9,432 nt of DNA from Kudoa neothunni (GCA_964304625.1 OZ199838.1:17144917-17154348), one strand, 5' to 3'; shown: positions 1 through 9,104, numbered from the stretch's first letter. Numbers and translations: made by a program. Notes: a model not told the origin generated them from the sequence alone.

Positions 1-18
1 GGTTTATCGAAAAAATAA

Positions 19-1212
19 AAAATCTTAATTTCATTATTCATAGATTCATCTAAGGGACAACTAAACGTATTCAATCAAGATTCTTCTTCACAAATTGTTT
101 CACATGACTGTAACACTCGAGATTCCCTTAATAATTATTTGTCGAAGGATACATCTATTATTTGGACTTCTCGGCCCACTCCTGGACGAAGTTCCTGTCA
201 TAATATAATAGACCATAGTATTGTACAAGGGAAGCCAATTGATTCTTTCGATTCGACGACGCCACTTAATTACTTCAATCATTTCATAACTAAACAAATG
301 ATGGAAGAAATCATGTTGTACACAAATCACAAAGGCATCGATGAGATGGGAGATAAATGGAAACATCTCGATCTGATTGAACTAAAAGGTTTTTTAGGAT
401 TATTGTTGTTAGCTGGTGCCCACAAATCCAATTTGGAAAGTACGAAAATTTTATGGGATGAAATTCATGGGAGGCCCTTATTTCGCGCAACGATGAGTCG
501 GGATAGATTCAAAAAAATCCTACGTGTATTGCGTTTTGATGAGTACTGGACCAGAAACAACAATCCAAGCCCGCAAGATAAATTTTCACCGATAAAAAAA
601 ACATTCGATGAATTTACTGACATCTGTAGAACTAGCTATATCCTAGGTCCTAATTTAACTGTTGATGAACAGCTGTATCCTTTTCGGGGGCGAGTTTCAT
701 TTTTAGTGTACATGCCCAAAAAACCATCGAAATACGGTTTGAAATTCTGGATTGTTTGCGACAGCGACACATTTTATATTTCAAACATAATTCCATATTT
801 GGGTAAAATTGACGGTTACCGTGAATCCAACCTACCTTTTAATGTTGTGGTAAATTTAACACATCATGTTTTGGATGCAGGTCGTAGTATTACCTTGGAC
901 AATTATTTTACTTCGTGGAAACTGGCCGAATATTTGTACGAAAGGAAAACATCAATTCTTGGAACTGTGCGTAAATGCAGAACTTTTATACCCCCAGAAT
1001 TTTTGGCGCATAGATCAAGAAAGATGTTTTCATAGCTATTTGGTTTTTACAAAGTATTCACCCTTATTTCGTATGTTCCGCGTAAAAATAAGGCAGTGGT
1101 TATTCTTTCATCAGAACACCGCACTCAAAATCTATGTAAAGAATACCATGTTAAGCCTCAGGCAATCTTAGACTACAACAAAAAAATGCGGCGTTGACAC
1201 ACATGGACAACA
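19..1212 (+). pseudogene. piggyBac-superfamily transposase pseudogene (PGBD4-like, DDE_Tnp_1_7), C-terminally truncated
   Basis: The frame is open from 19 to 1032. It carries piggyBac motifs SKDTSIIW, ELKGFLGLLLLAG, GRPLFRATMSRDRF..LRFD, DKFSPI, LTVDEQL (Asp at 664-666), FRGR..F.VYMPKKPSKYGLKFW, ITLDNYFTS (Asp at 898-900) and LGTVRK. After the in-frame TAG (1033-1035) the same frame continues LFGFYKVFTLISYVPRKNKAVVILSSEH...KPQAILDYNKK. A frameshift in the A-run (1180-1186) then gives CGVDT (third Asp at 1196-1198), and another shift gives MDNI. There is no ATG before the conserved N-terminal motif and no C-terminal Cys-rich domain. Confidence 0.95.
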
Positions 1213-1214
1213 TA

Positions 1215-2222
1215 GATTTATATCGATAGTAGATTTCTGTAGATAATTATTACGTATAGCCACGATATGGGAACGGAGGTATTACAATAATGAGGATTCC
1301 CGGAGAAAATTTTATTTTTAATTAAAAAAAATGTACAATATAAACCGTTGATTATTTGATTGAAAACTCCTGCTGACATACAGAAATTATTGCGAGAGTA
1401 ATACTCTAAGGTAATTCGTTGAGGTATGAATCACGCGATAAATGTACACAACTACACACAAGAATAAGATTAGTTTTTATGTACGCGTATCAACGCTTAT
1501 CTGCTCATAGCAAATACCATAATTGCTTCAGAATTATATGGATTTATAAATTTCCCAATCATAATCAGAGTAAGTTTTTTCCTCACCTAAAGTAGTTGAT
1601 ACTGACAAGGTAACCCTGTCTTTTTCTAGCTTGTTAACGAACATCTGTTTCATTTTTTAAACAAAAGAATGAAGGTGTTTCGATTGTAAAAATAGCCTTT
1701 CGCCGGAATTAAAAATATTTTCATCCTTATAATTGTTTATGTTGTAATGGTTTTTTTCAACCATTAAAATTTCGACGGCCTTAGCTTCTCCGTGAAACCC
1801 TTTACATTGGAGTCCTGACCTGTCTTCTAAATCGCAAAACAAATATCAGTTTGCAGTAAAATTATTTAATACACCTTCTGTGACCTGGGAAACTTTTCTA
1901 TAATGACATAATCAAGGACTTATTTTCCTAAACGTATAAATTTGGAAGCCTGATCATACATTTGGGCACCAAAAAATTAAAATTTTCCAGATAAAGCCCT
2001 TTTTTTTTACAAACCACAATTCTTCAATTTCGGTTCGTTTTTATACATAGGATCCAAAAGCAAATAAACATTAAATTCTTATAAACACATACGAATAAAA
2101 CTATACAACGGAGGGTAAATTTTTGTATTGTTTGTGATTTCTCCCCTGTTAATTTATTAATGAATATACAGAGAAACTATTATCGTACATTTTTTATCAA
2201 TACTGAACTGTTTTGTGGTCAT
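1215..2222 (-). pseudogene. Heavily decayed pogo/Tigger (CENP-B family; HTH_psq + HTH_Tnp_Tc5 + DDE_1) transposase relic
   Basis: Manual minus-strand translation across stops and frameshifts gives family motifs in the right order. MTTKQFSIDKKCTII (ATG 2222-2220) resembles the N-terminal HTH. FTAN*YLFCDLEDRSGLQCKGFHGEAKAVE resembles FKAS.GWL..FK.RHGI....HGEA.SVD. YKDENIFNSGERLF resembles Y...DIFNADETGLF, with the catalytic D changed to G. KLEKDRVTL...GEEK resembles KKSKERLTV...G.EK. LIMIGKFINP (~1539-1568) resembles PLVIGKS.NP. Weaker matches follow (LILVCSCVH, LP*SIT, AGVF, SWLYV). The 61-aa ORF 1657-1842 is one piece of this relic. The low-coordinate limit is approximate. Confidence 0.8.
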
Positions 2223-2252
2223 TCTGAAACCTCTCTCTATCCTGTCATTAAT

Positions 2253-2302
2253 CATAAAAGTCCCCCTATGCGAAGTGATTTCGTTATAGGAGAGCGTTGT
2301 TA
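2253..2302. repeat. Imperfect inverted repeat, candidate 5' terminal/subterminal region of the pogo/Tigger element
   Basis: CCTATGCGAA-gtgat-TTCGTTATAGG (2265-2290) forms an imperfect hairpin. The minus strand reads TA-ACAACGCTCTCCTATAACGAA, which resembles pogo-type TIRs ending in ...TATAACGAA next to a TA target. It lies ~80 nt upstream of the relic's ATG. No partner TIR is visible. Confidence 0.35.
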
Positions 2303-2473
2303 GGGTTTAAAAATGATACCACGTAGTTATTCTTGTAAAATAAAATAAAATTTGAATTCGAACATAAATAATGATAAAATTAATAATAATTACGTTTGTA
2401 TTACAACCACCCTATAGTAAATCATAATACATCCACGTCTTTTTGTCTATGTATCTATGCATTTATATTTATT

Positions 2474-2710
2474 AATTATTCATACAAGAATTGTTGATAG
2501 AAATCTGTGACGAATTCGCGGATTATATGATGAAGTGAAGACTATTTTCATTGGGTGGGTCTATCTCGATATAAATCCCATTATTACGTAATTATGGATT
2601 ATTTCATTAAAACGTTAATTGATTATTTACTCATGTGCAGGTAGGACAGAATGGTGACGAATTTTCTATTATAATGCATTTATTATTAAGCGTGTGAAAT
2701 TAATTACCTA
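2474..2710 (+). pseudogene. Possible decayed hAT (ZMYM/Ac-like) transposase fragment
   Basis: Reading across frameshifts gives IQELLIEICDEF..LYDEVK..LFSLGGS.DIN...*LWIISLKR. This resembles the hAT block IQNELI......I..EVK...FSI..DE..DIS..EQL....RYV. The match is short and degenerate. Confidence 0.3.
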
Positions 2711-2982
2711 AAAACCACGATTTTCATAAATTGAACACACAAGTTAATTCATTCGTAATTCCGTATCTAATCACAAAATATTTATTCATCACCGATTTCA
2801 AAGAAAAATAACGTTAAAAGTAAATTTGAATTTCATAAAAAATAAATAAGCAAACAAACAAAAATTAAATATCGGAAGTAAGATACACATATATACGTAA
2901 TATAATATATATTCTTAATCAAAATTGAAAATCATTAATTATATCTATTATTTAACATATTTAGTATTTGTATAAAGGAATA

Positions 2983-3017
2983 AATTGGAATTATTTCAAT
3001 AAATTCCAATTATAAAT
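2983..3017 (+). promoter_or_regulatory. Perfect 10-bp inverted repeat abutting a TATA-like box upstream of the surface-protein gene
   Basis: AATTGGAATT (2983-2992) and AATTCCAATT (3002-3011) are separated by 9 nt. TATAAAT follows at 3011-3017, ~120 nt before ATG 3138. The AT-rich background weakens the TATA call. Confidence 0.25.
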
Positions 3018-3137
3018 AAAACTTGAATAGGTTGGATGAAATTCTTCGTGTATATAATTCCGATATCATAATAACTTAATATAAGAATTTAACAAACTGG
3101 TAAGTAAGGCCAGAGGACATAGACAAAATTTTGAACC

Positions 3138-6100
3138 ATGTTCACTCAATTAATATGTAAACAACATTATTTGTTAGATTGACTAATTAGTTGTGTAGAC
3201 TCCGTGTTATTGGTAACAGTGTTATCTAATTCCATTGATGAACTAACCCCTAATGAAATAAAGATGAGGTGCGACCAATATAAACAACTAAGGAAATACC
3301 ATTTGGATACATACACAAAACTGGACAAGCTAACTAAAATGACAGGTCTAAGAGTGACTAAAATTAAATTAATGAAGGCGAGTTATGAATCCAACAAACA
3401 CCTTTGTACAGAAGAAAATCTATCCAAATTAAGTGCTATGGACGAAGCAACTAAGTATAAAAACTCTAAAATCAATATGATAGAAGAATTTCAAGCAATT
3501 GGCCGCCATCTTCCTAATTCTCCTCTTTATCCTGGGGCTAAGACATCTTGCGCTGTGATAAGATATGTCACTTATATTGGGTTGATGCACTCCACACGAT
3601 AGGTCAAGTTGAAGTCGATGTTGAGGCAAGTCGTAAATATATAAATGAAACCAGTTTTATGAAAAATTATATAAAGTACAATAACGATTTCAAATGTCGT
3701 TATACTAAAGAAAGACCGAAGCTGCTATCATATTTAAATTATTTACAAGAAACCACAGATAAATATAACGAACATATATCAAAAATAGAAACATTTTCAA
3801 AAGTAAAACAATGCAAATTTGACAATATTCAGGGGATAGCGGAATCAATTAATAACAGCACTGAAAAATATAATCAATACTACACTCAAATGATAGAAAA
3901 ATTGGTTCCATATTTCGAAAAAATTAAACCTCAGCTTCAAGCTTTAATCACATCGTACAATCCTGAATTCTTCGGAAGTTATTTGAAAAATTATCAAAAT
4001 TTCGAAACTATTCTAAATAGTATGAATATTGAGATTGTGTCGGTCGACAAAGAAGATGAAATTCAAAAATTGCTAAAAAATACAGAAGAAGTTTTGTCAT
4101 CAACGAAATCTTATATCTCACCAGATTTGTCGACTCAATTGAAACAAAAAATTGATGAACTAAGAAATGTGATCGATTCGTATAAAAATCAGAGTTCTGA
4201 AATTAAAAAAGTTGAAAGCGACCGTTTGATAACTAGGCAAAATATAGACAAATTATTTCAAGCTACCAACAAGGCCATTGACGATATAACACCTATAAAA
4301 ATCAAAGTTGATGATTTTATAGCACAAATCAAACAATTCGAGTCAATAAACGACCCGATTAACCGTGTGAATAATGGTACAGCATTAAACGAAAATATCC
4401 AAGATTTTTTGGATAGCACAAAAAAATTATTTGATAAAAACTTGAACTCTGAGTTTAAACACGTGAAAACATTGAATGACGGAATTAAAGAAAATATTGG
4501 ACAATTGCAAACAGCTTACAATAAACTGAAAAATGAAAATCAACAAACTTTAAAAACCTATGAAGCCTTAAAATCTGTTATTAATAACCTAACAACAGTA
4601 AAAATTCCAGCATATCGAGAGAAACTTAATCAAGAAAAATTAGATAAAAGTTTCTTCTTTGAAAATCCCTCCAACAAATTGAAAGATATTGATAGTGAAA
4701 AAGGGAACTTGTTAAAAATGTTGGCTTCCCGTGAATCCGAAATTGATTCTAACCAATTGAAAACAATAGAAGATAGTTTGAACTCATTATCCCAAACCCT
4801 GAAAAAAGTGAAGGAGAATAACGTTAGTTTCAAATCGTCATTATCCACAAATAAATCCTCATTCCTCAATACTGAAGCTAATAAGTTACACACCTTGTTT
4901 TCCAACTTGGCTGGCGCTACCGAAAAAAAAGTAACCGATATGATAGCAAGAATTCCGGGTTTAGAATCTAAAATTGCTGATGTTAAATCCAAAATAAACA
5001 AGAATAAAGGACTCTTGAATGAAATCACCACACGTTCTCAGAAATTAGCCGATGATTATACCAGTATTGAGCAAGCGAAAAATAGCTTACTAACTATGAA
5101 AAATAAAAGACCGGATGAATTTGAATCATTAATAGATGCAGAAAAATCCAATTTAAATTTTAATCTCGATAAAGACACTAAGCAACTATCTGAAGATATC
5201 AACAATTATGAAAAGTCCTGTAAAACTATTGAACATACTATTACTGAAATTATTGGCAAAATTGAAAAATTGGTGCCATTGAAAGATAATGCCACAAAAG
5301 AGGTTGAAAATATTGAAAATCTGCATGAGAGTATGGTGGACTCTCTTGGCATCGGATTGCAATTAGTCGATATCGAGGGTAAAATTCGTTACGATCCCAT
5401 AAAAGAAAATCTCAACAATTTACTTAAAAATTACCGAGACTCGCTCCAAAAACAGAAAGATAATCATAAAATAGATGAAGAGTATTATAAAAATTCCGTC
5501 GAAGAAGCTGACAAAAAGGTAGCTGAAATTAAAAAAATTAGTTCTAGTCACATAATTACGAAACTACTGAAAGGAGAATTCCCAGTCAAAAGTAATTTTT
5601 CAAGATTCAGTAAATTTCTTAGTGAATATATTGAATCTTTGATTCAAAGAGAGATAAAGTTCAAGACATTGAAAGGGAATATCCTTCAATTACGACCGAC
5701 TATGAAAAGAATAGCTTAACTTTGGACTCGACGAAAAGTGAAATCCTGCGTCTGCTTAAAACCTATTATGAACTTAGTAGTGATAATTCTGCGTTAATAA
5801 ACACTGAGACTGTGAATAAAATTCTATCCGCTAAATCTGAATTGAAAGAGAAGTTTGAATTATTCAAAAGTACAACCGACGATATGGAACAAAAATTGAA
5901 ACAATTGTCGGATATGAAAAACACCCTAACTAGTGAAATTGCTGAAGGAGAACAAATTAATGCCGAGTATTCCAAAAGCGTTTCTAGCGAAAAAAATAAA
6001 CACAATTCATTCTTTAAGGAACTGAAATCACTCAAAGAAACAGCTTTTACAATAAACAAAGCTAATGAACAACTCGCTGAAAAGAAGAAAACGCTTGAAA

Positions 6101-7023
6101 GTTTCTTGGTATCCTACGTGGAGCATTACAACGCAAACAGTGCTCTGTTGGCAAAAAAAGAAAAAGAAATTTCAACTAATGGCCAATCAGAGATAAATAA
6201 ATTAGAAAATGCAAAGTCCGAAACTTTAGAAAAGTACAAAAAGTACGATCTAGCCCATAAAGCACTAAAGAACAAAGCCGATGTGTTAAATTCTGATATT
6301 GATGTTGCTTTGCAAACGAAATATAATAAAATCGAAGCTGAACAAAAAAGGTTGGAGAACGCGTTTAATGAGAATATGGAGACAATTACAAACGCTATTT
6401 CGGCAGCGTTATCGAATTATGATAATGAGAAGACTACTCTTGATAATGCAAATACTGACAAGGAATCTAAAGTCGGCGACTTCTTAGAAAACATTGATTC
6501 ATTATCAACGAAAATTGCTACGGAAACTGAAGAGAGTGGGTTTGATACACTGTACGATGAATACACTAGACTAATCTCAGCAATCGATACATTCCTCGAT
6601 CAAAATAAAGATCTTGTTCAAATTACCGAATATAGGGACGTAATTAAAGCCACTTTCCCTGCCGGAGTAGAAGAGTTTATAAATGATCTTGAAGATGCCT
6701 TAAATAGCGATAAAAACCATGTTGAGATTTTAGACAACGCATCATCAGCTAGAACAATTAGGGTAAATAAACAAACGAAGGATGAACCCGAAAATTCTGA
6801 TAAACTTGAAGATGTACAAATGGAATTCCCAGATTCAGGAAAATACGCCGCAGCCATAGGAGAGTCTAAAAATATATCATCAAAAGATTATTACAAGTTT
6901 ATTATGGCAATTTCTGCGGTGGCCTTGGTTGCTATGGCAATCGCTGGTGCTGTAATGCGATACAAAAGCATTAAAAAGAATGAAATTTACAATAAATGTG
7001 AAAACATCTATGTTAAAGCATGA
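3138..7023 (+). CDS. Large type I single-pass membrane protein with helical/coiled-coil ectodomain (~1281 aa after splicing and repair of two -1 frameshifts); unknown family, adhesin/surface-antigen-like
   Basis: Joining exon 1 (3138-3156) to exon 2 (from 3199) gives MFTQLIYSVLLVTVLSNSIDE, a signal-peptide-like start. ORFs 3204-3602, 3548-5719 and 5722-7023 have overlapping open frames and the same K/E/N/I/L-rich heptad-like composition. The third frame is open from 5635 and reads FDSKRDKVQDIEREYPSITTDYEKNSLTLDSTKS. At least 12 N-x-S/T sequons are present. The TM helix FIMAISAVALVAMAIAGAVM (6898-6957) is followed by a basic stop-transfer segment and the tail RYKSIKKNEIYNKCENIYVKA, ending at TGA 7021-7023. 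If the frameshifts are genomic, this could be a recent pseudogene. Confidence 0.8.
3157..3198 (+). other. 42-nt spliceosomal intron (phase 1) within the signal-peptide coding region
   Basis: GTAAAC donor, branch-point-like GACTAAT (3181-3187) and TGTGTAG acceptor. The intron contains in-frame stops. Removing it fuses ATG 3138 in frame with ORF 3204 (codon T|AC = Tyr) and completes a hydrophobic signal peptide. Confidence 0.75.
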
Positions 7024-7649
7024 CAGTAATACGAATATGTTTTACACGGAACTAAGTTATTTAGATTATTCGTATTTATTTCTATAGTAGTATTAATTTG
7101 TTCCGTTAAAACATGTGTTTCAATGCCTGTAATGATATTTTCAAAAAAAATTTCGGTTTCATAATTGTAAATAATATTTCTAAAACTAATTATTGTTTAT
7201 TCAAAATTATTATTTATGAATTATTGGGATAGTAATTGGTGTAGCTGATATTAAAGTGTTAAGTAATGACCACTTCAACGACACGTATTTAATATAACTA
7301 ATTTTATAATAAATTCTTAAATGTATTTATGTTTATATTAAAAATTAAATGTACCTTTGACCTGGTAGTTTTATACGGTAAATTCTAAGATTTATAATTA
7401 CATTAAAGCCTCGTTATAGTTATATATATTGAGAAATTTTTATTACTACGTATTACAAATTATTATTTAATGTATTATTCATATTCATGAGGTAATAATT
7501 TCTTAGAGGAGTTCACTTTTAATGTGATTTTATTTTCGAATATAAATTACGTCAATTAATTCGTTCGAAGATAGATCAAGAAGCATACCGATTCGAACTT
7601 GTAATAGTAAACACCTTTTCAACGATGAATATTAAAGGTAGAGCTTTTT

Positions 7650-8600
7650 AATATGCTGCAGGAAAATACCATTATTTAAAAAAATCTTGTCTATTTTAAT
7701 TTTATTTCTTTTTATGGATTTTATTAATAGATTTTTTTGGGAATTTTTTCCAACCCACGACACCATCGGTTACATTATTTAAGTATCATTAGAAAACGGA
7801 TATAAAATAAATATTCTGGTAAATATCAATTGCTTTAGGAAGTAATTTTAATAACTAACTTCACTTTGCCTTTCCGTACGTTTTATAAATATTTGCAATT
7901 TTTGAAATATATTATAATTATTGATATTTTATTTCCCTCTCAAATCATGCCAATGTATTTAAATAGTTTAATTTACAGACTTGAACTTATACCGATTTAT
8001 TTTATCCAAAAGAAACTGTTCGCTAAAAACCCTTTTTCAATTCGTTTTCAATATTTTCATCACACCAAAGTAACATCCTTTGATTCGACAAAATTAAGAT
8101 TTGCTTGTACCGATAAAAAATAATTAAATTTATTAAGAAAAATCTTCAGTTGAATGAATAATTTCCACTCCTTTCGTTTCGGATGTCTGGTATACGTGCC
8201 ATCAACTTTTCTTTAAATCTAAAATTTACATAAGCAAAATTTCCTAAAGTGATGAACATAAGTACAATATATTAAATTAGTCGCCTTTTAATAAAAGATT
8301 TCATTATTATTAATTGTTATGATCCAAAAGAACATTGACATTATTAACCAACATTATCACACCCACGTAGCTGAGCGTGCTGATTCCCTTCACTATTAAT
8401 TAGTTATCGTTACTCTAACTAATACGACTGGATAAATTTCAATTTACTACTACGGTCACTATCACTTCAGATTCAATTATAGCATTAGCTATTGCGCTGG
8501 ATTTCTATTATTGCGCGACATTAACATTATCGCACATAATATTCACTAAATTAGGCATATAAAGTTGAAGCCACCATATCATTGTTGCATTCAAAAGAAT
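7650..8600 (-). pseudogene. Decayed Academ-like DNA transposase relic (invertebrate family usually annotated as Tesmin/CXC-domain hypothetical proteins)
   Basis: Ordered minus-strand motifs across stops and shifts: VASTL...YVR*C (~8525-8575; cf. ASTF..D..VR.CA); LG...VNFRFKEKLMARIPDIRNERSG (~8164-8250; cf. LG...VHSTRLKE.LL..IPDL.....G); GMI*EGNKI (~7925-7951; cf. MILEG..I); DGVV (7756-7767); QDFF.NNGIFLQH (~7653-7689; cf. DSFHGTGISLFQH). The family name comes from my recall of the consensus, not from a search. Confidence 0.45.
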
Positions 8601-8729
8601 TTTATCATAACATCTAGGGTTTCCATGATTGACCAAATTATTAAGTCGCCATAATACGAAAAATTAATTTCAATGAATCGAGATATTTATAAACAAATCA
8701 GACACATGATTTTTGGGATAACACAATGT

Positions 8730-8770
8730 GTAACCCTCCCGGGGAGCATACTGGGTCATTCGAGATCCCA
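8730..8770 (+). mobile_element. piggyBac-type terminus-like motif (orphan)
   Basis: gTAA-CCCT start followed by GCATAC and an imperfect palindrome TGGGTC-attc-GAGATCCCA. This matches the TTAA|CCC plus subterminal palindrome layout of piggyBac/MITE ends. The target site is degenerate (GTAA). Confidence 0.4.
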
Positions 8771-8928
8771 TTTATCTTAAATCTGTGTTTATACCTATAA
8801 AAACTGTAACTTCTATCTTATTATTTCTTGTAATCTCCTATAATTATGTCATTTTGTTTATATTAACTTTTGTAAAAAAGAGACGGCATATATTCTGAGA
8901 AAAATGCGTTCAACGTGCTGTTGTTTTA

Positions 8929-8968
8929 TTAACCCTCTAATAACATTGGGATGTGTTACACCCCATAT
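8929..8968 (+). mobile_element. piggyBac-type terminus (TTAA|CCCT...), copy 1 of a 35-nt direct repeat
   Basis: TTAA (8929-8932), then CCCTCTAATAACAT, then the palindrome TGGGATGT-gtt-ACACCCCA. It is 27/35 identical to 9108-9142 by manual ungapped alignment. Confidence 0.55.
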
Positions 8969-9104
8969 CGACGTTAATCTGACCATAACTTCCTACACTC
9001 CACATCAAATAATCCGAACTTCTGGCTATTCTAATAATTTTATAAGTTACATAAGTTGTAGAAAGCTCAAAAAATGTTACGAAATTAAGCTTACAAGAAA
9101 AAAC

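Noticed and set aside
100-366. Minus-strand 88-aa ORF, and the alternative-frame ORF 866-1171
   Set aside because: Both are shadows of the piggyBac coding sequence, and the conserved motifs stay in the 139 frame.
1033-1035. In-frame TAG in the transposase as evidence for a TAR=Gln genetic code or readthrough
   Set aside because: The position aligns with the S-S-x-F-G-F motif (TCG to TAG is one change), frameshifts follow anyway, and the long host ORFs contain no internal TAA/TAG.
2301-2310. TAGGGTTTAA as the right end (GGG|TTAA) of the piggyBac element
   Set aside because: There is an extra T between GGG and TTAA, the intervening kilobase is Tigger-derived, and the left end is outside the window, so it cannot be paired.
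3542-5719. Programmed -1 ribosomal frameshifting or tiny introns as the explanation for the two breaks
   Set aside because: There is no canonical slippery heptamer in frame and no GT..YAG pair of length 3n+2 that removes the stops. Single-base loss is simpler.
3429-6857. Antisense or overlapping ORFs 3429-3629, 4630-5031, 5766-6059, 6299-6487 and 6618-6857
   Set aside because: They are F/L/S-rich mirror translations or off-frame products of the K/E/N-rich sense gene, with no independent features.
3548-7023. Assignment as SMC, myosin or a true Plasmodium RBP ortholog
   Set aside because: There are no Walker motifs or motor domain. Any similarity would be compositional coiled coil, and the transposon context argues against Plasmodium.
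7399-7522. pogo-type TIR-like TA|CATTAAAGCCTCGTTATAG with a possible partner near 7501-7522
   Set aside because: The two ends do not match each other well enough to define a MITE.
7866-8123. 85-aa plus-strand ORF
   Set aside because: It starts at TTG, is low-complexity, and is antisense to the Academ-like relic.
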